Numbered from the stretch's first letter, positions 12,770 through 27,017 are shown. The stretch is DNA of 64,000 bases from Octopus vulgaris (GCA_951406725.2 OX597820.1:52390001-52454000); one strand, 5' to 3'. The notes: generated by a model from the letters alone, not told the origin. A program made the numbers and translations.

Positions 12770-13160
12770 GGCACAGGCGTGACAGTGTGCTAAGGCGTTT
12801 GCTTCCAAACCATAAGATTCAGGGTTCAGTCCCACTGGTTGCCTGCTCCTGCATCCTTCGACCAACCAAAGACTTTTGAGTAGATTTGGTTGAAGGAAAC
12901 AGAAAGAAGCCCGTCGTAATATTGTACATAACTGTGTATGATCACGCGTATGTGTGCGTGTGTGTTTGTTCCGCAACATTGTTTGAGTACCGGCGTCGGT
13001 AGGCTTAACGTCCACATAACTTAACGGTTCGTCAAAAGACTGCGATACAATAAATACAAGGATTTACAATTACTACTTACATGGGTCAATACTTTCGACT
13101 AAATGTTTTCATGGCGGTGCCCCTGCATGGCGACAATCTAATGACGGGAACAAGCAAAAG
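12770..13160 (+). mobile_element. Diverged SINE family A copy
   Basis: GGCACAGGCGTGACAGTGTG..GGGTTCAGTCCCACTG..GAAAGAAGCCCGTCG..GGCGGTGCCCCTGCATGGC. Confidence 0.75.
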
Positions 13161-13337
13161 ATGCATATTGACAGATATGTCAATATATATATATATTATT
13201 TCTGGGCATTTATGTATGTATGTATGTATGTATGTATGTATGTATGTATGTATGTATGTATGTATGTATGTATGTATGTATGTATGTATGTGTGCGTGTG
13301 CACGCACTCATAGACACACATATATATACTTAAGTGT

Positions 13338-13640
13338 GTGGAGACACATGGCCTAGTGGTTATGGCAACGGATTCGCGGTATGGGATCGCGGGTTCGGAT
13401 CTCCGACCGGGCGATGTGTGTGTTTATGAGTGAAACACCTAAGCTCCACGCGGCTCCGGCAGAAGGTAATAGTGAAACTTATGCTGACTCTTTCGCCACG
13501 ACTTTCTCTCACTCTTTCGTCCTGCATCTTGCACCTCACCTGCGACGGACCGGCGTCCCGTCCAGGTGGGGAACCTATACGCCAAGAAACCGGGAAACCG
13601 GCCCTTATGTGTCAGGCTTGGCACGAAAAGGAACAAACAT
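13338..13640 (+). mobile_element. tRNA-derived SINE family D with V-domain-like core
   Basis: A box TGGCCTAGTGG, B box GGTTCGGATCTCC; CCTGCGACGGACCGGCGTCCCGTCCAGG resembles the V-SINE core (CCTGTGATGGACTGGCG..TGTCCAGGG). Confidence 0.72.
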
Positions 13641-14043
13641 ATACTTAAGTACAAACATAAATACATACGTACACTCGTATGTACTCACATGCATCGTGTG
13701 TTTTAGACATATATAAATATGTTATACATTTTCATAAATGTGTATATACGTATACAACTGAACATAGGGGCATGCTTGGGGAAGAGGCAGTGTGTGTATG
13801 TGTGTGGGTGTGTGTGATGTGTGCATGTGAATGAATGTGTTTGTTTGTATCTGTGTGCGTGTGTATATGTCTGTGAAAGCCTGCGTTCTGATCTTTACTT
13901 GCCTTCAGTAAAGCAATTTTATCTCTATCTGATCTCTACAACTATGATTCTCAGTAAACCATCTCTTTCCATCTCTTGCTCTGTGTCTCTCAATGTTCTC
14001 GCTCATACACTCCGGTACTTCTGCTATGTATATGTGTGAATGA

Positions 14044-14443
14044 ACTGGCAGACACGTTTGCGCGCCGGGTGAAATGCTTAGCGGTATTTCGTCTGCCGCT
14101 ACGTTCTGAGTTCAAATTCCGTCGAGATCGACTTTGTCTTTCATCCTTTCGGGTTCGATTAAATAAGAACCAGTTACGCACTGGAGTCGATATAATCGAT
14201 TTGATCCGTTTGTATGACCTTGTTTGTCCCCTCTGTGTGTAGCCCCTTGTGGGTAGTAAATAAATAGGTATTTCGTCTGTCGTTACGTTCTGAGTTCAAC
14301 TTCCGCTGAGGTCAACTTTGCCTTTCATCCTTTCGGAGTCGATAAATAAAGTACCAGTTCCGCACTGGGGTCGATGTAATCGACTTAATCTCTTTGTCCT
14401 TGTTTATCCCCTCTATGTTTAGCCCCCTTGTGGGCAATGAAGA

Positions 14444-14445
<2 letters not shown>
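14044..14445 (+). mobile_element. SINE family B, dimeric
   Basis: Two tandem body units starting GGTATTTCGTCTG..GTTCTGAGTTCAA at ~14083 and ~14267. Confidence 0.88.
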
Positions 14446-14500
<55 letters not shown>

Positions 14501-14527
14501 TTATGTATGTATATATATATGTATACA

Positions 14528-14592
<65 letters not shown>

Positions 14593-14746
14593 TACGATTG
14601 ATATTTCTAAACACACATATGTATTTGTGTGTGTGCCTGTGGAGACTGTATCTAACAAGGTCTGACAGTGAGATTCAAAAGAGTTCGTGCCTAGCGTTAT
14701 ATGTATGTGTGTATGTGGGTGTGTGTGGGGGTGTCTGTCATTGTAC

Positions 14747-14782
<36 letters not shown>

Positions 14783-15055
14783 ATATATAGCATACACACA
14801 CACAATGACGCACAGACACACACACACACATATACATATAGGCAAATGTGTAGCCATGTATAAGATTACGGCCTATTATCCACAGACAGTTATATATCTA
14901 TTATTATTCATAGTAAGGCCTTTGTATCGCTTTTTCTCTTTCTGCCACCTACGTTTATTCTCTTTCTTTTTGGGATGAATATACTTGCGCAGACAAGGGC
15001 CAAGTGAATATGTATGTATGTATGTATGTAGTATGTATGTATGTATGTATGTATG

Positions 15056-15091
<36 letters not shown>

Positions 15092-15261
15092 AATATATAT
15101 ATATATGTGTGTGCGCGTGTATCACTCACTCTCTCTCTATATATCTATCTATCCTTCTATCTATCTATCTATCTATATCTGTATATATATATATATATAT
15201 ATCTTCATACATACATACACACACACATGCATATATATGTATGTATATATATATATATGTG

Positions 15262-15308
<47 letters not shown>

Positions 15309-16265
15309 ATATATATAGATATATATATAGATATATATATATGCATGAGCATATATATGCGCACATTTGCCTACAGCTGTGTGACGTTAATTCTGTTGAT
15401 TTGCTTTGGTCATTCTTGTATATAAATTCATTCATACCCTCATATACGTAAACAGAGAGAGAGAGAGAGAGAGAGTCATACATACACGCACGCACACACA
15501 CACACACACACACACACGCACAAACACAACGCACATGCGCGCGCACACACACATACTGACACATAATCACACATATATCTTTATGTGCAATAACGTGCTC
15601 TGTGGAATTGCCATTACGTACGTTTTATCCTTTGTGTATGTTGTGTTTGTAATCTTTCCGTTATCTTTTCGTCTGTATGAGTACAATTTTCTCTGCATTC
15701 TTTTTCTAATGATGTGCGTGAGAAAACGTCCTTGTGTAATGTCGTTTAATATTCCCAGTTATTATCCATTTCCTGTTTATTGTTCCTTTTATAATACATC
15801 TACTACCTTTCTATGTTTACTTTCTCGTTTCTGGCTTCTTATATTAATACTTTGATATTTATTGTTGTTTGTGCTAGGATCTTTTTACGCGTCGACCTTC
15901 AGCCTTCGTTTGTGCTGATGTATAAGTGTGAAGGAGTGTATCAGTGTATGTGCGTGTGGCTTTGTGTTGTTGTGTAAGCGTACGCGTGTGGTTCTCTGTC
16001 TATGAAGATTTATGGACATATGATTATATACTCAGCCATACATGTGGAATGTCTTTTTTTGTGTGTGTGATAGTGTGTAAATGGGCAAATGTTAACTACG
16101 TATGTCATTATTTAGGCACACTAACATGTACACACACTCATGCACGTACTGCCTATATATATGTGTGTGTGTAACTACATATATATATATACACATATAT
16201 ATATAGAAGTATATATATATGTATGTATGTATGCATATAGATAGATAGATAGATAGATAGACACA

Positions 16266-16340
<75 letters not shown>

Positions 16341-16655
16341 AATATATATGTATATGAATAGATGCATGTGTTATATGTGTGTATGTATGAGTGCATATAT
16401 GTATGTGTGTGTGTGAGTGTGTATTTATGTATACATATTTATATATATATATGTATGAATCTATGTATATATGCATATATACACCCCTACGCACAAAGAT
16501 ACACGCAAGCATACACACCTATATAGAGAGTTAGATAGACAGATAGAAAGATAGATAGATAGATAGATAGATAGGTAGATAGATAAAACAGATACACAGA
16601 AATATAGATAGATAGGAAGATAGAAAGATATGTATATATATATATAGAGAGAGAG

Positions 16656-16730
<75 letters not shown>

Positions 16731-18029
16731 CAGATATACACCACATGCATAAGTTTGTATATGTGCGTGTGTGTGTCTTTAGGAACACACACACACACAC
16801 ACACATGCATATACAATCATTGATACGTATATATTGTTGGTGTTCTGCGAGGTGTGCGTATATACCACGCAACACGTATATATGTTTCTGTTTGCGTGTC
16901 TATATTGTTCATTTTCAGTCTGTTTGAAGTCGTGACATTTGCACAATTCATTTTATGCTATATCGTATGTAGCAATCATATGGGCAGTCAAAACTACATT
17001 CTTCGGTTTTGTGTTCATAGACAGAATTGATGTTATTGAATGTATTACTTGTGTTTTCATAAGATTATTTTATATTAATGTTCGTTTCCAGATTTCTCGG
17101 CAGATATTTTAGGTTGGGGGGAGAGGTTATTCTATTCTCGACATTTACATTTCTGATGACTTTATAATGTATTTTCTATGTACTTTTACCACGTTTACGC
17201 TATTTATATGACTTAGAAGGAGCCTAATGTCTAGCATTTAGATAAATTCTCATCAAAATCATATACAATGTTGATAGTTGAAAATGGTTAATAATGTGAT
17301 CTTTATGTATGAAATTTCAGATTCATTTTACCATATCCGAATTTTTGAGAGAAATTTTTTTTATATGACTGTAATTTGTTGGCAGATTGTCAACCTTATC
17401 TTTAAATATTAAAAATATATATTTATATCTTTACTACTATTCAATCGGATTTCTGTCCGGTAGTTATGCATTTCTTTTTTCCTGGACGTTAGTATTTAGT
17501 GTGTATAATACCACCGAACCTATTCGTTTTTTGCTTTTTGTTTTTTGCTTTTTTTTTTTTTTCATTTTATCTTTATTTTACTGTTTTCTACTCATTTAGG
17601 AATGTAACGATGGACTGAACCAATCGAAACATTGAAATATTTTGCTGAATGAAAATATATCACTTCCTAAATATGCGGAAAATCATTTAAAATAATCAAA
17701 AGTTTTTAGTTATATCTTCAATAAGGATACAAAGATATTAATGAGGAAAGGACTTGGGGGAGGATCTTACGGTATTATCCGAGTTTTCACCACTTGACTA
17801 TATACTCTTTGAGCAGAAGGCATCAGTAGGAAGTTGCTACATGTCATTGAATTATGGACATTTTTTTTTCCAGTCAATGACTATGCATTTTCTGAGTTGC
17901 TCTCGTAAGAACAAGAGAAAATATATTCGATAGGATATTCTAAAGCAAAACCTTTCCAGAGTTTACATTATTTCCATTCGAGGGATGTCTCCATTGAAGT
18001 CTAATTTCGGCTCCGTACCAATTAGATAA

Positions 18030-18249
18030 TACAGTTCTATATTTAAGAGATGAGGAATTATATACATTATTTATAATATTTACATTCGACATATTGAGGG
18101 TTGATAAGTTAAGTACCAATGATACCCTGGGGTCGATTTAATCTACTAGTCCCCTCCCCCAAAATTTCTTGTCTTGTGCTGTAGCAAAAAGTATTATTAC
18201 TTTAAGAAATAATGTATATAATACCTCATCTCTTAAATATAGAACTGTA
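18030..18249. mobile_element. 43-bp inverted arms (tail end of the hammerhead-SINE family) enclosing a copy of nearby DNA
   Basis: 18030-18072 and 18207-18249 are reverse complements with 1 mismatch. The arms match 2510-2555 and the interior matches 19110-19219. Confidence 0.85.
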
Positions 18250-18572
18250 CTTTCCAGGGTTATGACCACTCTTACGAAAGATCAGACTTTCTCTCCGATT
18301 CATGCTTTCCTTCGTTCAATTTTTAATCTCTGTGGATATCAGAAATATATCCCGTGCTTCTCATTCAATAATGATTATTAGCAGTATTGGTTTTATTTTT
18401 TCGTTAACAGTATACCTTTAATTGTTTAATCTAAAGACCAAAAGTGAAATTAAAGTTGGGGAATATGAGGAAAACGCATTCCGCAATATAGCAGAGAGAA
18501 ACATATAATTCAAGCCTTATTAAAAAAAGAAAACCTACAGTAGGTTAATTTTCATTATTATTTTAAGATATA

Positions 18573-19440
18573 AAGGCAGCGAGCTGGCAGAAAAGTTAGC
18601 ACGTCGGGTGAAATGCGTAGCCGTATTTCGTCTGCCTTTACGTTCTGAGTTCAAATTCCGCCGAGGTCGACTTTGCCTTTCATCTTTTCGGGGTCGATAA
18701 ATTAAGTACCAGTTACGCACTGGGGTCGATATAATTGACTTAATCCGTTTGTCTGTCCTTGTTTGTCCTCTCTGTGTTTAGCCCCTTGTGGGTAGTAAAG
18801 AAATAGGTATTTCGTCCGTTGCTACATTCTACGTTCAAATTCCGCCGAGGTCGACTTTGCCTTTCGTCCGTTCGAGGTTGATAAATTAAGTACCTGTTAA
18901 ACACTGGGATCGATGTAATCGAATATTCCCCTACCCAGAAATTTCAGGCCCTGTGCCTATAGTAGAAGGAATTATTACTTTAAGATATAAGATGGCGAGC
19001 TGGTGGAATAGTTAGCACACCGGGCAAAATGCTTACCGGCATTTCGTCCGCCTTTACGTTCTGAGTTCAAATTCCATCGAGGTCAGCTTTGTCTTTCATC
19101 TATTCAGTGTTCATAAGTTAAGTACCAATGATACCCTGGGGTCGATTTAATCTACTATTCCCCTCCCTCAAAATTTCCTGTCTTGTGATTTACTAGAAAG
19201 TATTAATACTTTAAGAAATTAATGGTAAGCTGGCAAAATTTGTAGCATGCCGAGCAAACTGCTGAACGAAATTTCGTCCGCATCTATGTTCTTGGTTCAA
19301 ATTTTGCCGTGGTAGACTTTACCTTGCATCATTTCGGGGCCGATAAAATGAGTACCAGTTTGAGCACCGAGGTTGATGTAATCGACAAACCTCCTCTCCA
19401 CAAAATTTCTGCCTTTGTGCCTATAACAGAAAGGGTCGGT
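18573..19440 (+). mobile_element. SINE family B tandem multimer (about 4 units)
   Basis: Repeated heads or bodies at ~18574, ~18806, ~18992 and ~19224. Confidence 0.85.
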
Positions 19441-20796
19441 AATTTAAGATGTCTACATTAAATAATGATTGCAGGAAAATGTCAAAGGTTGGAATCCCCA
19501 TGGAATACATAATTTCACTTAATGCTAAATTACTTCATTCCATGTGCAAATATATTTCAATTAATTAAAAATAGTTAATCGAAATTTTGTTTATTACTTG
19601 AAATGCTTTATCACTCAATAACTTATAGTGTTTGCCGACAGCCATTACGTTAATTTTCATGCCAAAATGTGTACATATATAGCCCAACTCTATACTGCTC
19701 CTGTCTCACCGGTTTTGAACAAGTTGAGAGGGAGTTTATGCTTCATTGAAGCGTTCAAAACATGGAATATGTCGTAGTTGCTTTATTGTTGCCAAAGATT
19801 ACATTTGATAAAGTATCAATCATCCTCCCTAAATACGTAACAGAAATTTAACAAATTAGAATATCGAAGATCCACCCATTTGCTTTCGCTTGTTGTAATG
19901 AACAATAGTCTCTGAGCCTAAGATTCTGTCTCTTCAGTGCAAATGGAATTTCAATTATATGGCTTTGTGTGTGTGTGTGGCGGGGTTTATTAATTAAACA
20001 TACTTTCAGCTGATATGCAAAACAGCTTCATTTTGCGGAAGTTATAAAGATAAAACAAGCAACGAGAAAACCCAATGAGAAATGGTTAATTAAGAGAAGC
20101 ACGATCAGTTTCTTTAATCGATCGAGATACATTTGTTTATTATCCAAAATATAAACTTACTATTAATCATTGCCTTAACAATCATATGGTATACTTCTCT
20201 TTTAACTTTTTGTTTTCATAAACTAAATATCAATCTATCGAGACTGTGCTAATTACTCAGAAAAGTAGAAACGGAGTTCATAACCCTTGCACACCACATA
20301 ACTTGTGAAATGGATAAACTGAATTATTAGTTGTAGCATCTCAATGAATAGCATATATAAACTACTGGAAACTGCCTGAAGTACTTACTTTGCAAGAAAT
20401 GAAAATGGGCTGAATGCAAATTACAGGCAGTTCTGTATTATAAAATTTGTTGAAAATTTCAAACATTGTTTATTGCAAGATTTCAGTGCTGAGACACGTT
20501 ATTTGTCATAAAAGAAAATAGATGGTTGTAGCGGAGTCGTTACATCGAAGGGATTATGCTTTCAGCTAGTTCAGCAGAAGCATACACGAATAGAATCTGT
20601 TGTCTTAGCGAGACAAGATTCAAAGTGAATTAGTGTGTCCATGACATTAAGGATTATAGTGGATTGGTGTATTATTCTCTGCAAAATACTACTATATGTT
20701 TCTCGTGCACTTCAAATTTCCACTTGCATCAAGATTTTATTCTACATCTCTCTACACGTTTTGAATCTGACCTATAATGTAAGGTAAATGAATAAA

Positions 20797-21208
20797 TTTC
20801 TTATTTCTTTATTGCCCACAAGGGGCTAAACACAGAGGGGACAAACAAGGACAGACAAAGGGGTTACATCGACCCCAGTGCGTAACTGGTACTTAATTTA
20901 TCAACCCCGAAAGGACGAAAGACAAAGTCGAACTCGGCGGAATTTGAACTCAGAACGTAGCGGCAGACGAAATACCTATTTCTTTACTGCCCACAAGGGG
21001 CTACACACAGAGGGGACAAACAAGGACAGACAAACGGATAAAGTTGATTATATCGACCCCAGTGCGTAACTGGTACTTATTTAATCGACCCCGAAAGGAT
21101 GAAAGGCAAATTCGATCTTGGCGGAATTTGAACTCAGAACGTAACGGCAGACGAAATATGGCTACGCATTTCGCCCGGCGTGCTAACGATTCTGCCAGCT
21201 CGCCGCCT
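20797..21208 (-). mobile_element. SINE family B, dimeric
   Basis: Reverse complement of the 14044-14445 dimer architecture. Confidence 0.88.
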
Positions 21209-23369
21209 TTGAATGAATAAATTTATGCCTACTTGTTCCTTATTTTTTCCCACAAAAGTTTCTTGTGACAGAAATAAGTCATGTAATTTGTAGATTAAAC
21301 AGAATAATTGTAGGTTAATGATAGGATAACTACTAAAGCAATAAAGATTCCATGTTCGAAATGCTGAAAGTGATTTTGCTATCAAGTTAACTTCAAAAAT
21401 CCGTTTCCTAAACTTTTCATCGGATCGATGATTTGTCTATGCTGAACCTGTAATTGTCTTGTTGAAAGCCTACAATCAAATATACTCTTGTTCAGGAATT
21501 AATGATATAAGTGAAGCAAGTAAAATTAGAAATATAGATTTACGATTTCAGATTTTATAAGTAAAATGAGAAAAATCCTTTCCTCATCACTTCGTGTTTT
21601 TTGTCTTGTTTTTTTTTTTTGCTTTTTCCTTGGTGGTCATAATTAATTTCTACCACAGGCAAAGTGACTCACATTTTGAAGGCACATGTAGTCGATTACA
21701 GCCGCCATGCTTGACCAGTACCTATTTAACTCAACCTTAAACGATGTGTGGAAAAACAAATTAATCAAGTAAGCAATCCACCGCCGTCAATTTGACCGAC
21801 ACTGAATCAATTTCGCCAACCCATCGGCATTTTGCCCAACGCACAACCACCTCTGTTAATTCACTGCTATTTTGCTACATAGACTGAACCTTCTTCCAAT
21901 CCTCAGATATATTCTCCGATTCTCTCGATTCTAGTAATACGCCCTCATTTTAGTGCACAAATTATTGAACTCTAACACATTCACATTCGGAACAAAGAGA
22001 AAATGTTTATAGATCTCTGAAAGACATAAGTAATTCAAGTAAAGTGAAAGGATTTCTATTAAGATAGAAGTAATGTATAAATCATGTATTAAAGAGCGTC
22101 AGGCAGCATGTTAGCAGAAAGAAACATTCCGTAATGTATGCATTAAATTATTTATTTGCAGACCTCCTATTTTAAATTCATTCAAAATGCACTTTGCGCG
22201 TTCTTCCTCAATTTTCGATGAAATAATAATAGTGATATACGGAATTTACAGAAGTGATAATAAATTCCAACAAAATCAAAATTAACTTCATACCTACTCA
22301 TGATAAATCATTATTAAGAGCCTTCACATACTAATTGCTTCTCTCGCTCTTCTTCAGTGCCACTTTTATTTTTCTTTAATTTTTTTTAACTTATATTTTA
22401 CGCATATTTGATGAGCAGCCTAGTTCTTGTGAAGTTTCCAAGATCATATATTCAGCTGTATGCTAGTTCGGTGAGTAAAGTTTAAACATTTCGCCATTAC
22501 ATATAACAATTCAAACTGCTAGATGCGAACAAAGAAAGGAATGAAAGAAGTATTGTTGTAATCTATTAACAAATGTATTGTGATCTCATCTTTCACTCAT
22601 GAAAGGATTTCTATAATAAATCTTTTCATCTCATTGATGTACAAAACCCGCTTTTATTACATTCGCTGGATATGCGCTTCATAATAGTAAGCTAATGAAT
22701 CCATTTATATAAACTTCAATAAACTGGTACGGCACATATAAATAAAGTTGGATAGTAGATAGATTTTGTGCCTCTCATACACGTTTCCTTCTTTTGAGAG
22801 TCTGAGTTCCTGTAATTATAAATGTGGGCGTTCAGGTTTTGTGACCCATATAAAAATGGTTTATGCTTTCAGATGTTATTTTATGAATACTCACTTGTTT
22901 TAACAACTTACCGTCTACGATACGATAGTTCTCTCTGGCAGCCACAAACTATACGATTCTGCATCGCAAATACACAAAGGGGAATATCAAGATTTTGTGT
23001 CGAACTGCTGCTTTAATATCTTGTATTATGCTGTGATACATGCATGGAAACACACGTGTAGATGAATTCTTATACGAAACAATCAAGCACGCACTTATGG
23101 ATATGTGTGAGTGTGTATTATCGTCAGCATATGTAATAACATATTTGTATATATACATATGTCTGTGCGTGTGTGTGTGTGTTTGTGTGTGTGTGCATGT
23201 ATATATATATCGTGGTATAATTCCACAAAGGGAGCATTCTATCTAGTGAGAGTCAAATATTCTCGTTTAATGATCACAATATATATCTTTGGGCGCTACT
23301 GATAGTTTCACGTGTCTGCAAATCTAAAGACGCTGTATCTATCTATCAATCAATCTATCTATCTTTCTA

Positions 23370-23435
<66 letters not shown>

Positions 23436-23464
23436 TATATATTGATACACATAAGTATGTGTAT

Positions 23465-23962
23465 AAAGGGTCGAAACTACAAAGACTTCCCGGATTTCTA
23501 CTAATGAGGAAATCGGCTGTGAATGATCGGTGTATCTTGTTTTTGTCTTTTTTGCCGTTTGTCGTGATCTCGTCTATTTTTCCACATGTTGTTCTTTGTT
23601 GCTTTCCATTTGTTGTGTTTTTTTTTTCTTTTCTATCTTTGATTTATCCATGCGGCGCTCCATACAACCTGTTGTTTACTTTGTTAAAAAATGATATCCC
23701 TTGAATATTATGTACGATTCTCGCCCTCTCTTCCTCGCATTTCTCCCCCTTATTTCTTCCGTCTCTCTCTCCCTCTCTCTCCCTCACTCTCTCTGTCACT
23801 CTTTCTCTGTCTTTCTCTGTTCCTCTCTCTTCACCTACCCCTCGATCCTCATTTTATCTGATTTAATTTTCCCTCTCTCGTATTCCTCCATCCTTTTTTC
23901 TCCCTCCCTCTTATTCTTCAATACCTGTGCTTTTCTTCCTGACTTATCACCCTTGAAATTTC

Positions 23963-23998
<36 letters not shown>

Positions 23999-24795
23999 TC
24001 TCTCTTCCTTCCTCTTATTCTTTAGTGCCTCTGATTTCTGTCCCCTCTGTCCTATTCCTTAGTTCTTCTGGCATTTTCAACTCCTTCCCTCTCCTACCAC
24101 GTGATCACTCTCCGGCTAAGGCATTGCCGTCCGTTTTCGACCTGCCGCCTTTCAGGCTGGACGCGTTTATCTGTCCTCCCGCCCGGTCTGTTAAAATTTT
24201 CCATTTTACCTTTGCGCCTGCTGGCTAGGTTCGTCTGATAGTCGAAAGAACCTTTTGGTTGTTATTTTATGTTGTAATTGTACAATTATTTTCCTTTTGC
24301 TGTATAGTCGAAAGGCGATTGTTCAACGTACATATATTTTTTTCTTTTTCTGTTACACTTGCATTATTATTTCATAACGTTACGGTCGTCCGATAGTCGA
24401 AAGACCCTTTCTGTTATTTATTTATTTGTATTCCTATATGTACAACAAAAGTTTTCCTTTCTATTGTATAACCAAAAGTGTTCTATTGTACGTGTATAAT
24501 TTTAGGTTCTCGTTTTTGTTTCTGTTGGTGTTTTCGTTCTTGTATACATTCGTTTGCCTTTCCCAAGGAGTAAAGCTTTTAGCTTAAGTCCCTGGCACCC
24601 GCCGGATTCAAGTAATCATGGAGATAAGGGGGTGAAGCTACAAGGACTTTCCGGACTCCGACTAATGAGGAAATCGGCTGCGAATGATCCATGTATCTTG
24701 TTTTTGTTCTGTTTGCCGCTTGTTGTGCTATCGTCTATCTTCCACGTGTTTTGTTGGTTTCCGTTTGTTGCCTTTTTTCTCTTCTACCGTCGATA
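23465..24795 (+). mobile_element. Non-autonomous partial-tandem (pLTR-like) element, relative of 3456-4333
   Basis: Diverged direct repeats 23465-23640 and 24625-24795 (CTAATGAGGAAATCGGCTG.GAATGATC..TGTATCTTGTTTTTGT). The CT-rich interior shares CTGAT(T)TCTGTCCCCT with ~3815. Confidence 0.75.
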
Positions 24796-25336
24796 TGTAT
24801 ATATGGATCTTAGTCTTGCAGTCTTCATTGCGTTCTCACGAAAGGTGCTGCCACGAAGAAAGCACCGAGTACATGTGGTAAAATGATTGGCGTTAGGTTC
24901 TGTGTTCAGCCCTAGAAACCATGCGAAAGCAGATATGGCTATAGTATGCAGTATTTGGACACACCAAAAACTAACAAAGGTCTTTCCTAAACCATTGGTA
25001 AGAAAGGCTGGCTTTCAGAATTCTGTGAAGTATATAATCCCTACCTTCTTCAACGGGACGCTAGACCATCAAAGGATTATTCGTTTCTGCCAGTTGAGTG
25101 AACCGGAATAACATGAACGATGATTCGCTGAAGAATACAACACATCACCGGGTCAAGACATCGAACCCAACATCTTACGCCCTCGAGGTTACCAGCTTCC
25201 AAATTCATGTGCATATTCATATACATGCACGCATATATACATACATAAATACACACGTATACATACACATATGTAATATACACACTCATACATACATACA
25301 TACATACATACATACATACATACATACATACATACA

Positions 25337-25368
<32 letters not shown>

Positions 25369-25424
25369 CATATATACATACATGAAAAGAAATTTTAACA
25401 TAAAACTGAACAATGACATGCATA

Positions 25425-25895
25425 CAAAAAACATAAAGCTGAAGATCAGTGAAAAAGAACTACCTACGTTGAACTATTGAAAAATCTGCAGTTACTCTAT
25501 CCATATTACAAGTTCAGGTATATACCTGTAATTATTGGGGCCCTAGGATATGTAACACACTACCCAAATACTAACCTTGAGAAATTAAGCTTCTATAGAC
25601 CAGAAATTAGAAAGCTGATTTGAAAACTACAGATCCAATCCACAACTGGAAATGTAAAAGTTAGTAAAACTTTCCAGAAGTTCATCATTTAAATATATAT
25701 GAGCATGATTAAATATGCAACTATATGCATGAGAACACATACATAAAACAAAGCATATAAATCTGCCCATATACATACATGCATACAAAAATACTTTGGC
25801 GTTGTTGAAATTCCAATGAAGGAGCTTTGGATGTAGGTCAGAAACCGGCTCTTTATTGGCAAGAAATTTGAAAAAATAATGAATAATTTTATACA
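25425..25895 (+). mobile_element. Second RLE-type non-LTR retrotransposon 3' fragment
   Basis: KISEKE/TYVELLKNLQLLYPYYKFRYIPVIIGALGYVT...KTFQKFII* carries the PVIIGALG RLE C-terminal motif. It follows an (ATAC)n tract; homolog at 60135-60410. Confidence 0.72.
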
Positions 25896-26274
25896 TACAC
25901 ACACACACAGACACACACACACACACAAATATTAAAGTATGGTTGAGTTTGGAATTTTGAGGAGGGAAATTTAATCCTTATTTCATTTGCTACAAATTAT
26001 CACGACATCTGGGACTATAAAAGGTCAGCGAAACATTCCTAAGGTTGACAGTTAAATCAAGATACTTACCTTCGCAACCTTGTTACCAAGTCGGTGGCCG
26101 CTCAGAAGTTTATTCCAAATTAAAAAGAGAGAAATAACAGACATACACATAAGTATGTATGTATGTATGTATGTATGTATGTATGTATGTATGTATGTAT
26201 GTATGTATGTATGTATGTATGTATTTATGTATGTATGTGTATGTATATATGTATGTACGTATTCTTTTTCTTTT

Positions 26275-26690
26275 TTCTTTTATTCTTATATTTGCTTCAG
26301 TCATTTGACTGCGGCCATGCTGGAGCACCACCTTTAGTCGAGCAAATCGACCCCAGGACTTATTCGGCCTCTCTTGCTGAACCACACCAGCATCGGTTGT
26401 CACGCGATGTTTAGGGGACAAACACAGACACAAAAAACATATACATACACACACACATACACATACACACACACACACGCACACACACACACATATATAT
26501 ATATATATAATATATATATATATATACGACGGGCTTCTTTCAGTTTCCGTCTACCAAATCCACTTACAAGGCTTTGGTCGGCCCGAGGCTATAGTAGAAG
26601 ACACTTGCCCAAGTTGCCACGCAGTGGGACTGAACCCGGAACCATGTGGTTGGTAAGCAAGCTACTTACCACACAGCCACTCCTGCGTCT
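26275..26690 (-). mobile_element. SINE family A
   Basis: Reverse complement of 62383-62830 with an internal deletion. Confidence 0.9.
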
Positions 26691-27017
26691 GTGCATACGT
26701 ACTTGCATAATAAACACATATACGTAAAGAAAATCTGAAATACAGTGAAAAAAAATCAACGTTCGGTAAAAGGACAAGATCTCAATCTTGATGAGGAGGC
26801 AGGAGAAAATAAGAAAAAGATGACGGCTCTCTTTACAACGTCTACTCTGAGTGCATTTGTATATTTTCCATCACTTTAGCCACTCGCATTCCTTCTCACA
26901 ACCGTAGGAATTCATGTTGTTTATACCCATTATTTGAAATATATATTTATATAAACATGCATAATATTATCAATATATGAACAAACACACACCCACACAC
27001 ACACACACAAACACAAA

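Noticed and set aside
15725-15735. Weak hammerhead-like words near 15705-15732, 36808-36840 and 7915-7935
   Set aside because: Cores are incomplete or stems do not pair. They may be decayed copies but are not supportable individually.
18573-19440. Repeat-spacer-like periodicity suggestive of CRISPR
   Set aside because: The units are tandem SINE copies in a eukaryotic context, with no unique spacers or cas genes.
24225-24600. Superficial likeness to dicistrovirus IGR-IRES motifs (AGCTTTTAGCT; GATAGTCGAAAGAACC)
   Set aside because: The motifs are in the wrong order, there is no downstream ORF, and the matches are short.
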